Virus record (IMG/VR): IMGVR_UViG_2737471992_000006
Strand: one strand, 5' to 3'
Source: a virus
Lineage: Duplodnaviria; Heunggongvirae; Uroviricota; Caudoviricetes
Length of the DNA stretch: 45,327 nucleotides
The position numbers and the translations under genes are program-made. The stretch's first letter is position 1. Each line of letters opens with the position of its first letter. The notes below the pieces were generated by a model. The model had not been told where the DNA came from, ran no database searches, and saw only the letters and a list, made by a program, of their open reading frames with translations. Below, one piece after another: positions 10,422 through 20,308 of the stretch.

Positions 10422-11062
10422 TTGTCGGTATACCTCTCTCGTTTGCTCAGTTGTTCAGGAATATGGTGCAGCAGCTCGCCGTCACCACAGTAAATGGCGG
10501 CATGATTCGGCACCGATGAACCAAAACAGCACAGCAGCACATCGCCCGGCTGCGCCGCTGACAACGGCACCTGATACAGCCCTGTGGCCTCCAGATTATC
10601 CAGATAGAGATTCTGACCGTTACGCCACCAGTCATCCTCGCGGTGAAAATCCGGCATCTCAATCCCCGCCAGATGGTAAGCATCCCGGAACAGCGTGTAA
10701 CAGTCCGTCACCCCGTGATCAAAGCGCCGCCCGGTAAGATGCGGCACACAGCGGAACTTGTGAATCGCCCTCCGGCAGACCAGCCACCACGGCAAATCAC
10801 TCTGCACCTGCAGCCGCCGGTCGGCCTCACTCAGCCAGGGCAGACCACCGGGGTGGCTGTGGACCAGCGCCACAATCTCACCCTGCATTTCTGCCTGCAG
10901 CCAGTCTTCCGGCGACATCCGGAAATACGCCTCCGGCTCACCGGAGATATTCACGCAGGGAAAATATCTTTCCCCCTCCGGCGTTCTCACCACGAAGCCG
11001 CACGACTCCGCTGGCGCACATCGCCGGGCGTGCGCCAGAATCGCTGATTCTGTCTGTGTCAT
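10319..11062 (-). CDS. K: tail assembly protein K (NlpC/P60 + MPN-like)
   Basis: Lambda gpK-like from MTQTESAILAHARRC; ATG at 11062; the ORF-track start at 11137 is an upstream extension overlapping L. Confidence 0.85.
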   Translation of the reverse strand: MTQTESAILAHARRCAPAESCGFVVRTPEGERYFPCVNISGEPEAYFRMSPEDWLQAEMQGEIVALVHSHPGGLPWLSEADRRLQVQSDLPWWLVCRRAIHKFRCVPHLTGRRFDHGVTDCYTLFRDAYHLAGIEMPDFHREDDWWRNGQNLYLDNLEATGLYQVPLSAAQPGDVLLCCFGSSVPNHAAIYCGDGELLHHIPEQLSKRERYTDKWQRRTHSLWRHRAWHASAFTGICNDLAAASTFV

Positions 11063-11066
11063 GGGA

Positions 11067-11765
11067 TTACTGCGAAAGTTTGTTAATGGAAAGGAAGCCG
11101 CCAAAGTTGCCGACGTTATTGCGAAACTTACAACCACTCAGGCATTTGCTGCATTTATCCTTCGTGATATCGGACGTCGGCTGGTCATATTCATCAGCGA
11201 CAGCCGGACCGTGATAACCGCACTCATCACCGCGATAGGTCCAGGTGCAGGTATTAGCCAGCATGATGCGCCCCGGAAAAACAGCACCGTCCGTTTCCGT
11301 CGGCGTGGACAGTACAAAAGAGGCACTGACCGCGCTCAGTTCGCTGCACTGCTCGATGCGCCAGCGGCTGATCACCTCCTGCTCCGGATCGGCGTCACTG
11401 TTTCCGTTGACGAAGTTCACCGCATCCAGAAAACGGGCGTAAACCTTACGCCTGACCACCGTTCCGCCGACCAGACTCTGCAGGTCTTCCGCCATCCCGG
11501 TGACCATGCCGTGCAGGTTAGAAACCGTCAGTGTCGGACGGGCAGCACTGCCCTTGCCGTTCAGTTCAAATCCCGTCCCCTGAATGGGGTATGCCTGATA
11601 CTGCCACCCCTGCCAGGTAACCGGCTCACCTTTTTCGTTCTGCTCATTACAGAAAAAATAACGTTCACCACCGACCTCTGTCAGATCGATTTCCCAGAGC
11701 ACCACCTGGGCTGACTGAGTGAGGCGTGTCGTCTCATGATGTGTTTCCTGTGGAATATCCTGCAT
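11067..11765 (-). CDS. L: tail tip assembly protein L
   Basis: 232 aa, lambda gpL-like including the C-terminal Cys cluster. Confidence 0.9.
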   Translation of the reverse strand: MQDIPQETHHETTRLTQSAQVVLWEIDLTEVGGERYFFCNEQNEKGEPVTWQGWQYQAYPIQGTGFELNGKGSAARPTLTVSNLHGMVTGMAEDLQSLVGGTVVRRKVYARFLDAVNFVNGNSDADPEQEVISRWRIEQCSELSAVSASFVLSTPTETDGAVFPGRIMLANTCTWTYRGDECGYHGPAVADEYDQPTSDITKDKCSKCLSGCKFRNNVGNFGGFLSINKLSQ

Positions 11766-11774
11766 CAGAGCCTC

Positions 11775-12104
11775 CTATGCCACGACCTGTTCAAAATCTG
11801 CCGTTATGGTTACCCACAACGCTCCCACGCTTGCCGACCATTTACGACAAACCACCCTGATCGGCTTCCAGTCATAAGGTGGCGTCCACTGAAATGCGCG
11901 GACGCCACCGTGCCGTTCCAGAAAGGCTTTTAAAGATGGGTGTTCACATTTACGAACACGTATCGTCACGCTGTAAGTCGACAACTGGTTATTCAGTCCC
12001 GCCGCACGACGCTGTTCATAACCATCGCCCAGCTTCACTGTCACCACTTTCGGCTCTGATACCACATTCATATCCGGGCGCACTTTCCAGTGAAACGTCT
12101 CCAT
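11775..12104 (-). CDS. M: tail tip protein M
   Basis: 109 aa, lambda gpM-like; its start overlaps the H stop. Confidence 0.85.
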   Translation of the reverse strand: METFHWKVRPDMNVVSEPKVVTVKLGDGYEQRRAAGLNNQLSTYSVTIRVRKCEHPSLKAFLERHGGVRAFQWTPPYDWKPIRVVCRKWSASVGALWVTITADFEQVVA

Positions 12105-15100
12105 TACCGATATGCTCCACTTAACCGACCACCATCACGAGCCTGCTGTTGCATAAAGTCCGCTGCCGCTTTTTTCCCAAGGTCATAAACCACCTTCAGG
12201 GCAGCCGGACCTATCTGCCCGTTCGTGCCATCGTTATTGATCTCGATGTTGTACTGCGGGGCAAACATCGCCATACCTGAACCACCAATATCCGCCACAA
12301 CCCCCAGCTTACCGTCAGCACCACGACGCAGTGGCAGAATGGCTTCAGGTCCAGCTTCCCCCATCACACCCGCGCCTTTTGCAAAAGCAAAAAACGTCGG
12401 ACGGTTAACCACCGTGCCACTGTAGCGACTCAAATCAGCCGACTGATAAACACCGCCATCAGCATTGGCTACAAAATCAAAAGGCAGCGCGGAAGCAATG
12501 CCTTTTACCGCTTTCATTAAAGCTATCTGAGCCATGATTCTGGACATATCTGACAGCACAGAAGAAGTAAAAGATTTGAAATTGAGTTTGCCTGTAGTAC
12601 AGAATGTCGCCAGCCAGTCACTCATGCTACTGAACGCAGACGTGAACAACTGTTCCACTGTCCCGGCTGTGTTATCCGCATTCTCAGTGACATTCTGGAG
12701 TGCACGCAGGACTCCGTTTTTCCAGTTACCCTGAGCAATTTCAAGCTGTTGCCAGTAACGGCGATTCTCATTCAGTTGTCGGTTCAGGCTCTCCGTCAGC
12801 GCCTGCTCGGCCTTTCTGTAGTCATCCGTGTTATATGTCCCTTTCTGCTCACTATCCCGCCTCAACTGCTCCAGCTGTTGCTGGTATTTCTGGCGAAGAC
12901 TCAGTTGTACCTGATATCGCTGCCGCTGCTGATCACCCATACCAACCGTGGCGATATCCAGGTCATGTTGCTGACGCTGAGCGCGCTCTTCTTCAGCCAG
13001 TTGACTGGTCAGCTGAATTGTTTTTTTCTTCAGATCGTTGAGTGCCGTCTGTTTCTGAAGCTCCTGCTGTTTTACATCCAGCAGCGTCAGTGCCTGAATC
13101 AGTTCATCTTTACGGGCCAGCACACTCTTTTCATCTGCCGTCAGTTTTTTCCCGTCCAGATCGCTGATGCGCTGCTGCAGAGCCAGAAGCTGTTTATGCG
13201 CTTCTGTCATCTTTTCAGTGGCAATGCCTGCTGACTGTCTTGCAGCAGCAATCTGTCCTTCCACCTGTGCCTGTTGCTGACTGTACTGCAGCAATAACCG
13301 GGTGGCCTCATCATTACGGGTTTCGCGTGTTTTTTTCTTACCGGATGCCAGGGCTTTCTCGTAACGTTCATTTTCACGTTGTATCGCCGCATCCCTGACA
13401 GCCTGATCGGCGTACTGCATGGCATTAATACGCGCAATTTCACGCTGATGTCGTGCAGCTTCCGTTTCATTCATCCGGTTCAGTGCAGCATTTTCAGCAT
13501 TACGGCGTTTCTGTTGCTCCTGATAATTCCGCTCTGCCTGCTCTTTTGCATCCTTCAAATCCTTCTGGCGTTTTTTCTCCTGAAGATCGTTAAGACGCTG
13601 CTGATCGTATTCAACCTGAGAAGATGATGCCGTCCAGGGGAGTCTTTTCGCCCGCGACACTTTCTCCTGCAAAGTGGCAATCTGCGCATCCAGCGAATCT
13701 TCACGACCAATATTCATGGCCGCATCCCAGAACTGCTTCCACCAGTCAGACAAAGTTTGCAGCGTACTGCCCAGCGCATTGAGGTTATTATCAATATCCG
13801 CAGTACGCCGACCGGTTTCCTCTGCCAGTGCAGACATGGCTATCCGTGCCGCATCACTGGACCGCCCCTGCTCTCCAAGGACGCGTATCTGCTCAAGCTG
13901 AGTGGCAGTAAGAAAATGCAGCTCATTGTCCAGAGACTTCGCGGCATTTACAGGATCATCCTTCAGCCGCTTAAACTGATTTATGGTATCGCTGACCGAC
14001 TGGCCAACCGATCGCTCCATCTGTGCGGCAGCTCTCGCCACCATACCGATATCGTTTCCACGAAATGCACCACTCCCCACCACCTGAGCCAGCGCACCGG
14101 CTGCAGCATGTTGCGTGATACCATTCCCGGAAATAGCACGACTGAGCGTCCACAGCTGCCCGGCAGTGACTCCGGCATAATGCCCCGTCAGCGACAGCTG
14201 GCGGTTAAATTCTTCCCCCTCCTTCTGACCGTCATACCAGGCTTTACCCAGACCATAGACAGCCGCGGCAATACCGCCAATAACCCCGCCAAGCATCATG
14301 CCTTTCGGTGACATCAGTGTGTCTATCCACCCGGCACGGTTAGCCAGCGTTATTCCGGATCCCCTCAGCGCACCTAAATTTCCGCGGGCCAGTTCACCTA
14401 TCAGAACGCCTATCTCCTGACGGGCCGCTGCACTTTTCAGCCCCAGCGAATGCGTGGCTTTTCCTGCCTGCTCCATTTTGCGGATATACACTTCTGCAGC
14501 ACTGCTTACCCCCAACTGGGCAGCCTTAGCACGAAGCAACTCAGAAGAAGAAAGATTCTGGCGGGTTGCCTGCTCTTTAAGCTGACGGATAAACGCCACT
14601 TTCTGTCGGGTAGCCTCTTCCTCAGCCTGTGTAAGAACACGGGTTTTCGCCGTAACCTCAGAAATCAGCGCCAGATAATCCTGCTGACCAATCCCGCCAC
14701 TGTTTCTGGCCTGTCGGATCTGCTGCTGAATACGCTGTAATTCCTGCAGACCCGCACTGGCCTGTTTCACACTGTCAATCTGACGATAAAACGCAGCAGC
14801 CGCTTTATCCTGAGCCTCCGCCAGAGCCATGGCCTGCGCCTGTTCCTCGCGCATTTTCTGGCTCAGCGCCTCCATGCGCTGGCGGGTTTTCTCCACCTCG
14901 CGGGCCATGCGTTCATGAGCCTGTGCGTTCTTCTCCACCGTCTGCGCATGGACGGATGCGGCTGTTGCAGCCGAAGACGCCGCCTGCGTTGTCTGCCGGG
15001 CGGCCTGAGTCTGACGCTCCATAAAACGCTGCATACGGGCAGAAGACCGTTCTGCATCGCTGGCTGCACCATTCAGAAGGTTTTTGATACGGGGGATTTC

Positions 15101-15160
15101 ATTTTTAAACTCTGCCGCATCAATCCCCAAATCAATGACCAAGTTGGCTATCTGGTCCAT
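12104..15160 (-). CDS. H: tail tape measure protein H
   Basis: About 1018 aa, long coiled-coil, lambda gpH-like ends; ATG at 15160 with GGAGGTG Shine-Dalgarno (the ORF-track start at 15190 is probably too far upstream). Confidence 0.85.
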   Translation of the reverse strand: MDQIANLVIDLGIDAAEFKNEIPRIKNLLNGAASDAERSSARMQRFMERQTQAARQTTQAASSAATAASVHAQTVEKNAQAHERMAREVEKTRQRMEALSQKMREEQAQAMALAEAQDKAAAAFYRQIDSVKQASAGLQELQRIQQQIRQARNSGGIGQQDYLALISEVTAKTRVLTQAEEEATRQKVAFIRQLKEQATRQNLSSSELLRAKAAQLGVSSAAEVYIRKMEQAGKATHSLGLKSAAARQEIGVLIGELARGNLGALRGSGITLANRAGWIDTLMSPKGMMLGGVIGGIAAAVYGLGKAWYDGQKEGEEFNRQLSLTGHYAGVTAGQLWTLSRAISGNGITQHAAAGALAQVVGSGAFRGNDIGMVARAAAQMERSVGQSVSDTINQFKRLKDDPVNAAKSLDNELHFLTATQLEQIRVLGEQGRSSDAARIAMSALAEETGRRTADIDNNLNALGSTLQTLSDWWKQFWDAAMNIGREDSLDAQIATLQEKVSRAKRLPWTASSSQVEYDQQRLNDLQEKKRQKDLKDAKEQAERNYQEQQKRRNAENAALNRMNETEAARHQREIARINAMQYADQAVRDAAIQRENERYEKALASGKKKTRETRNDEATRLLLQYSQQQAQVEGQIAAARQSAGIATEKMTEAHKQLLALQQRISDLDGKKLTADEKSVLARKDELIQALTLLDVKQQELQKQTALNDLKKKTIQLTSQLAEEERAQRQQHDLDIATVGMGDQQRQRYQVQLSLRQKYQQQLEQLRRDSEQKGTYNTDDYRKAEQALTESLNRQLNENRRYWQQLEIAQGNWKNGVLRALQNVTENADNTAGTVEQLFTSAFSSMSDWLATFCTTGKLNFKSFTSSVLSDMSRIMAQIALMKAVKGIASALPFDFVANADGGVYQSADLSRYSGTVVNRPTFFAFAKGAGVMGEAGPEAILPLRRGADGKLGVVADIGGSGMAMFAPQYNIEINNDGTNGQIGPAALKVVYDLGKKAAADFMQQQARDGGRLSGAYR

Positions 15161-15475
15161 AACGCACACCTCCGGAAATACCTTCCCCAAGATGCATCAG
15201 TTCTTCGTCCGTTCGCTCCGGTATCCCGTTCTCTTCCGGTAAAAGGCTGAAATCAGCCACCGCAGCATCACTGCTGCCGGACACCATTCTCACGATCAAT
15301 GCCTTCAGCGAGGCAAACTGCGCATCCATCCACACATCACTGAAGCTCTGCATCCGGAAATAATCGCCCCACTCACCAAGCTCAGTGGCCGACATTTCCG
15401 ACAGCATCCGCCGCCAGTCTGCCCGCCGGAACTCCCGGGCAAGCCGCATGACAAACTGCATTTCCCGCGTCAGGA
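15132..15475 (-). CDS. T: T segment of the tail assembly chaperone G-T fusion (reached by -1 frameshift from G)
   Basis: The T frame is open from 15494 and is the -1 frame relative to G; lambda gpT-like sequence; it has no strong start of its own. Confidence 0.6.
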
Positions 15476-15859
15476 CTTTTCCGGCGTCAGCGCCTCATGC
15501 TCATCATCCCCGGCATTCTCAATGGCCCCCATACCGCTCAGCGACAGAACCATCTCCGCCCCCGCACCCAGGGCATCATACGACCATGTTGTAATAACGG
15601 ATGCGCAAAGCGTCTCTACATCCTTAGACTGATCCGCATTCCACAGTGAGCGGGAAACCAGCCAGGCATTGATATCCATCCCCATCCGCAGAAAAGCAAT
15701 CTGTCGTTCAGCCTCCGGCAGTTCTCCCTCACCGGCATCAAACTTTGCCGTTCGCTGCTGAACAAACGCCAGATATTCAATTCTCTGCAGCCCGGACAGC
15801 TCACTGAGCACCACGGACTGTTTTTCATAATTAAACGTGCCCTGTTTCAGAAACATCAT
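15470..15859 (-). CDS. G: tail assembly chaperone G
   Basis: 129 aa from the ATG at 15859 (GGTGGAG Shine-Dalgarno); lambda gpG-like (MFLK..., SELS.LQRIE.LA). Confidence 0.8.
   Translation of the reverse strand: MMFLKQGTFNYEKQSVVLSELSGLQRIEYLAFVQQRTAKFDAGEGELPEAERQIAFLRMGMDINAWLVSRSLWNADQSKDVETLCASVITTWSYDALGAGAEMVLSLSGMGAIENAGDDEHEALTPEKS
15476..15482 (-). other. putative -1 programmed ribosomal frameshift site (G GAA AAG in the G frame)
   Basis: Heptamer ggaaaag sits 2 codons before the G stop, in the 22-nt window where both frames are open; it is one base off lambda's G GGA AAG. Confidence 0.5.
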
Positions 15860-15916
15860 GTTCTCCACCTGCAAAAAAGCCCCGGATAGCCGGGGCAAAT
15901 GATGAGTATCGTCCTG

Positions 15917-16660
15917 TTAACCTGCGGCGCTGACAGTCACCGCAGCCACAGCCACAAAATTCCCGTCAGCGGTCATGCCCACAATGCTGACACTGCCCTG
16001 CTTCACGCCTTTCACCGTGGCTACAAGCCCGTTCAGGGTCACCGTGGCAGTCTGTGGATCTGACGAATGCACACTGATCGCTTTGTCACTGGCTCCGTCA
16101 GGTTTTACTGTAAAGGTCAGCGTGGTGGTTGCTCCCACTTTTACACTGGCAGATGCCGGTGTCACCGTCAGCCCGGTAACGCTCACTGTTTCAGTGCCTT
16201 CCTCTGCCAGATACGGACGCCCCACACCGCTGATTTTCACAGTGCGGGTCATCACGTCTTTTGAGGCAATGGTTTTACCCAGTGAACTCAGCCAGCCACG
16301 GAAAACATCAACAGTACCGTTGGGATATTTGATACGAAACGCGCAGACTTCACCGGAGTCGAACAACTGAACCAGTTTTTTCTGCCCGCTGTCACCCGGA
16401 CGCCAGGCCAGCGTCGCCGAAGTATCACCGACTGATTTCTGCCCCTGGGTTGTCGTTTTCCAGTCTGCATCTTCATCATCGAGATAAGTATCATCTTCTG
16501 CATCAGCGGTCATTTCGCCAGGTTGCAGATCCTTCACCATCGCAAGACGCAGCCAGTCAGTGTCCGACAAAGGGTTCGCAAATGCGTCGCCGTTGCCGGT
16601 ATACATCCAGAACGTCGTCCCCGCACCTTTCGTCTTTGCCAGTGGATTTGGTGTGGTCAT
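15917..16660 (-). CDS. V: major tail protein V with C-terminal Ig-like domain
   Basis: 247 aa from the ATG at 16660 (AGGAGGTG Shine-Dalgarno); C-terminal Thr/Val-rich Ig-like segment as in lambda gpV. Confidence 0.85.
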   Translation of the reverse strand: MTTPNPLAKTKGAGTTFWMYTGNGDAFANPLSDTDWLRLAMVKDLQPGEMTADAEDDTYLDDEDADWKTTTQGQKSVGDTSATLAWRPGDSGQKKLVQLFDSGEVCAFRIKYPNGTVDVFRGWLSSLGKTIASKDVMTRTVKISGVGRPYLAEEGTETVSVTGLTVTPASASVKVGATTTLTFTVKPDGASDKAISVHSSDPQTATVTLNGLVATVKGVKQGSVSIVGMTADGNFVAVAAVTVSAAG

Positions 16661-16670
16661 TGCCACCTCC

Positions 16671-17072
16671 TTAATTCGTGTACGTGATCTGGTACGTGAT
16701 TTCCGCCATCGCCCAGGTGGCCATCTCATTATCACGTTGATAGTTAAAACCGAGTGGGATCAGGGTGTCGATGAGTCCGGAAAGTGCCGGTACATCATTC
16801 AGGGCCGGGAAAATGGTGCTCTCCATCCACATATCCAGCTCTGAATCCGGTGCCTGTGCCCGGATGAAGACAGCAATATGCAGAACAGCCTGCCAGTCAT
16901 CTTCATCCGTCATTTTTCCGGTGTACTGAGCATCACTCAGCCACACCGCCACGGCAGGCAGTTCCTGCGCATCAACAAATGCCGGAAGCCCGTCAAAAAA
17001 CGTGGCGCTGTCTCCACACTGTTCCCGAAGGCGTGCCAGTACGACCTGGCGGATTTGTGTATGTCGGTTCAT
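16671..17072 (-). CDS. U: tail terminator protein U
   Basis: Lambda gpU-like (ATFFDG..PAVAV.L...YTG); ATG at 17072 overlaps the Z stop (ATGA); an in-frame upstream ATG at 17084 is also possible. Confidence 0.8.
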   Translation of the reverse strand: MNRHTQIRQVVLARLREQCGDSATFFDGLPAFVDAQELPAVAVWLSDAQYTGKMTDEDDWQAVLHIAVFIRAQAPDSELDMWMESTIFPALNDVPALSGLIDTLIPLGFNYQRDNEMATWAMAEITYQITYTN

Positions 17073-17647
17073 CGGGTCAGCCATAACCTCAGTTGTTGTT
17101 TTAGTGCATACCCCAGCTGTTTCGGCATTTCCGCAGCAATGATGCGGTCGCGGGCATCTTCAAATGCCTGTGTCAGCGGTCCGGACAGCGGGATTTTCAC
17201 CACATCAATGGGGTAACGATTTTTGCCATCAATACGCCGCATCACATGCCAGCGACCATTCGCCAGTTGCTGAATAAACGCATCCCGGAAAAGATATTTA
17301 CCCACCTTCAGCACACTGCCACGGTACTGCAGTTTTCCACCACGCCGGGCCAGTCTGACCCGGGCTGTCCCCAGCTTAATGGCGGGCAGATTGCCCCGGT
17401 TAACGCGGATCCTGGCCGTCATTTTTCCTGACGGACTGGCTTTAAACACCCGGACACGCTGACGTACCAGTTTCAGGGGGATCCCTTTCACCTGGTTATC
17501 TCCCGCAACGGTATTCCCGGCAACCTGCCGGGTGGCAACCGAGACCGCTTTCTGTGCCACACGGTTTATCGCCCATGCGCTGGCCTGTGGCACCATACGG
17601 GTATCAAGGCTGTTCAGATTGCGGATGGCATTCTCAAGCCCCTTCAT
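17069..17647 (-). CDS. Z: tail completion protein Z
   Basis: 192 aa, lambda gpZ-like; position between the head-tail joining genes and U. Confidence 0.8.
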   Translation of the reverse strand: MKGLENAIRNLNSLDTRMVPQASAWAINRVAQKAVSVATRQVAGNTVAGDNQVKGIPLKLVRQRVRVFKASPSGKMTARIRVNRGNLPAIKLGTARVRLARRGGKLQYRGSVLKVGKYLFRDAFIQQLANGRWHVMRRIDGKNRYPIDVVKIPLSGPLTQAFEDARDRIIAAEMPKQLGYALKQQLRLWLTR

Positions 17648-17658
17648 CCCACACCTCT

Positions 17659-17934
17659 TTACTCAATAAAGATCATTGGCTTACCGTTAAAGCGTTCATG
17701 CCGTGTGACCGTCCATTGTTGTCCGTCATAAACAACGCGATCCCCGCGCCGTGGGCGGTATCCCGAAGAAAACACCACCAGAGAGACCGCAGGTCCGGAC
17801 AGAGCATTCAGCTCTGCCAGTGTTTCTCCCGGGATCACAGTCATATCGACATCATTAATCGAGGCTGTCTTTCCCATCTTTCTGACCGTGATAGCATCCA
17901 TACGCGCTGCCAACCGGGAAAAGGGATCAGACAT
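17659..17934 (-). CDS. head-tail joining / adaptor protein (FII-position)
   Basis: 91 aa, called by position between capsid and Z and by tight gene packing; sequence family not recognised. Confidence 0.5.
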   Translation of the reverse strand: MSDPFSRLAARMDAITVRKMGKTASINDVDMTVIPGETLAELNALSGPAVSLVVFSSGYRPRRGDRVVYDGQQWTVTRHERFNGKPMIFIE

Positions 17935-18250
17935 TGAGTTTTACCGGCACTTCTTCTGCACTGGTTCCAGCATCTGCCCAGACAACCCCGACCAGCGGAT
18001 CAGAGCCGCTGTTAGTCAGCTGAACTTTTCCGGACTTCAGATAAACCTTCTTACCCGTTTTCATGTCATCCGTTTTCAGCTTAGGCAGCATAAACACACC
18101 TTCGGTCATGCCGTCGCCTGTTTCACCCTGTGGAATATCGGTCAGCGCCACCGCAAAAACATCGCCCACCTGCACCAGATCTCCGCTGCTGATGGCTGCA
18201 CTGGCAACAATCGCCACCGTTTTTCCTTCTTCTACAAAATTCTTTGCCAT
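17927..18250 (-). CDS. small head-associated protein (decoration or head-completion candidate)
   Basis: 107 aa from the ATG at 18250 (GGAG Shine-Dalgarno); immediately downstream of the capsid gene. Confidence 0.5.
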   Translation of the reverse strand: MAKNFVEEGKTVAIVASAAISSGDLVQVGDVFAVALTDIPQGETGDGMTEGVFMLPKLKTDDMKTGKKVYLKSGKVQLTNSGSDPLVGVVWADAGTSAEEVPVKLNV

Positions 18251-18295
18251 AACTGTCTCCGCACAGCCCCGTTCAGGGGCTGATTTCAGGTACAA

Positions 18296-18330
18296 AAAAA
18301 GCCCTTACGGGCCATCAGAGTTGTTGTCTG
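18296..18330 (-). terminator. stem-loops with U-tract between the capsid gene and the next head gene (partial terminator or mRNA-stabilising hairpin)
   Basis: Minus strand reads GGCCCGTAAGGGC + TTTTTTT, then CAGCCCC-TGAA-CGGGGCTG. Confidence 0.3.
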
Positions 18331-18336
18331 CGACGT

Positions 18337-20295
18337 TTACGCCGTACATTTCACCAGACCGCGGTGATCAACTGGCGCGACACCGGCGTCAATACGCACT
18401 TTCGTTGTCACGCCATCCACACTGAAGCCCTCCATCTGATCAATATATGGCGTATCCACACCGTTGAGATAAGCCACTTCAATCGTATCGGAGCCTTTGG
18501 ACGCAGCCAGGTAGAAAGTGGTCTGGCTGTTATCATCAAGACGAGGCTCTGCAATAACGGTCGCAAAATCTTTCACCGGGTTAATAATACCGGCGTTAAT
18601 GTCAGCCCCCTTGACACTTGAGGAGCGAATGACCTGGTTAGCAACAGACTCCATCGCCGTCGGTACCAGTACGAACGCAGGACGAATATTCAGATGACGC
18701 TCCCCCTCTTTCTGAACACGCATCAACTGGCGGGCTTTATCCAGCGATGCCACGTCCATTGCAGCGCTCTCCAGTACGTTTGCATGTTTCGCTTTATCGA
18801 ACAGACTTACATTATCTGTGGAGATTTTCGGGTTAGACGTCAGAATGGCATAAACCAGATCGGCAATAGTGGATTTCGCCGCACGGCCCAGTTTCATCGG
18901 GACATCGGTCAGCATATTCAGATCATCATTGATAATGGCCTGACGGGTGATACTGAACAGCTCGCCATAGGTCGCCAGTGCAATAGTGGCCTGTTTATCT
19001 CCGGTGGTGACGTATTTATATTCCGCCCCTTCACGCACCTGACGCAGAGCACTGAAGCCCCCCATACCCACACGATGGGCAATTTTAAAATCAGACAACT
19101 GACCTTTCCGCGTCCACTGTTCATAGGTTTCAGGGGCATCTTCCCAGCCCTGCAGAATGGCTTTGTTCGCAACATCCAGCAGAATATTACCGAAGTCAGA
19201 CGTACTGTGTGTGAACGCCGCACCGACCATCTGCATCGGGTTATAACTGGAAACCCCAATCCCCCGTTCAGTCAGTGACATACGAGCATATTCACGCAGG
19301 GTCATCCCGTTGTAGACATTATCACGTTCGGTTTTTTCAAATCCGGCACGCGCCATCAGCGCCTGGCGGATCCCGTCCCCCACAAAATTACCGTTACCGG
19401 CATAAATATGAGCCGGGGTATTTTTATTGGATGGCGTGGACTCGCGCCCCATCTCGTTCAACAGCTTTTCGCGGGCCTGCTCCAGCGAACATTCAGGATC
19501 GGCAAGACACTGAGCCTGCAGCGTCTGATAACGCCCGCCAAACATGGCAAACAAATCATTAATACCGTTTACACGCGCTTTTTGCTCTGCCAGTACCTGC
19601 GCACGGATACTGTTTTCATCCACCACGGGTGCTGCTGCCTGCACTGGCGTCCGGGAGGCTGCAGGTTCATTATCCTGTACGCGTGGAGCACTGTTGCGTG
19701 GCGGAGTAATCATGTTTCGAATGGATTCCGGCATCTTTTTAAATTCCTCTGTACGTTTTGACTGAATACATGCCATTGCCTTAACGGCTGGCGTTACCTG
19801 ATCAGCAAATCCATGTGCCAGACATTCGGCACCGGACATCCAGGTCTCATCCGCCAGCATGGCAGCAATTTCATCGGTGGTTTTCCCGGTTTTCTGTGCA
19901 TAAGCGGGTAACAGAACCGCCTCAACCTTATCGAGCAGGTCGGCATAGGTGCGCATGTCCTCCGCATCACCGCCCGTAAAGCCAAATGGTTTATGAATCA
20001 TCATGAAGGTGTTTTCCGGCATAATGACCGGGTTTCCCACCATCGCAATGACCGACGCCATTGACGCCGCCACACCGTCGACATAAACGGTAATGGACGC
20101 ACCATGTGTTTTCAGCGCATTAAAAATGGCGATGCCTTCAAAAACATCGCCACCCGGTGAATTAATATGGAGATTAATGTGGGTGATATCGCCCAGTGCA
20201 TTCAGATCACTGATAAACTGCTTCGCTGTAACACCCCAGAAACCAATCTCGTCATAAATATAAATATCCGCGTCACTCTGGTGACCAGCCTGCAT
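18337..20295 (-). CDS. prohead protease (ClpP/S49-like) - scaffold - major capsid protein fusion
   Basis: 652 aa from the ATG at 20295, 14 nt after the portal stop; N-terminal ClpP-like protease region (INSPGGDVFEG ... MIHKP), an Ala/Pro/Gln-rich linker, and a C-terminal ~330-aa capsid-like domain. Confidence 0.8.
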   Translation of the reverse strand: MQAGHQSDADIYIYDEIGFWGVTAKQFISDLNALGDITHINLHINSPGGDVFEGIAIFNALKTHGASITVYVDGVAASMASVIAMVGNPVIMPENTFMMIHKPFGFTGGDAEDMRTYADLLDKVEAVLLPAYAQKTGKTTDEIAAMLADETWMSGAECLAHGFADQVTPAVKAMACIQSKRTEEFKKMPESIRNMITPPRNSAPRVQDNEPAASRTPVQAAAPVVDENSIRAQVLAEQKARVNGINDLFAMFGGRYQTLQAQCLADPECSLEQAREKLLNEMGRESTPSNKNTPAHIYAGNGNFVGDGIRQALMARAGFEKTERDNVYNGMTLREYARMSLTERGIGVSSYNPMQMVGAAFTHSTSDFGNILLDVANKAILQGWEDAPETYEQWTRKGQLSDFKIAHRVGMGGFSALRQVREGAEYKYVTTGDKQATIALATYGELFSITRQAIINDDLNMLTDVPMKLGRAAKSTIADLVYAILTSNPKISTDNVSLFDKAKHANVLESAAMDVASLDKARQLMRVQKEGERHLNIRPAFVLVPTAMESVANQVIRSSSVKGADINAGIINPVKDFATVIAEPRLDDNSQTTFYLAASKGSDTIEVAYLNGVDTPYIDQMEGFSVDGVTTKVRIDAGVAPVDHRGLVKCTA

Positions 20296-20308
20296 CCTGA
20301 ACCAGGAA

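Noticed and set aside
10319-11137. 272-aa version of gene K starting at 11137
   Set aside because: It would overlap gene L by 70 nt; the lambda-like K start MTQTESAIL with an ATG at 11062 is preferred.
12225-14740. Multiple plus-strand ORFs antisense to the tape measure gene
   Set aside because: Same reasoning: embedded in H, reflecting its biased Ala/Gln/Arg codon content.
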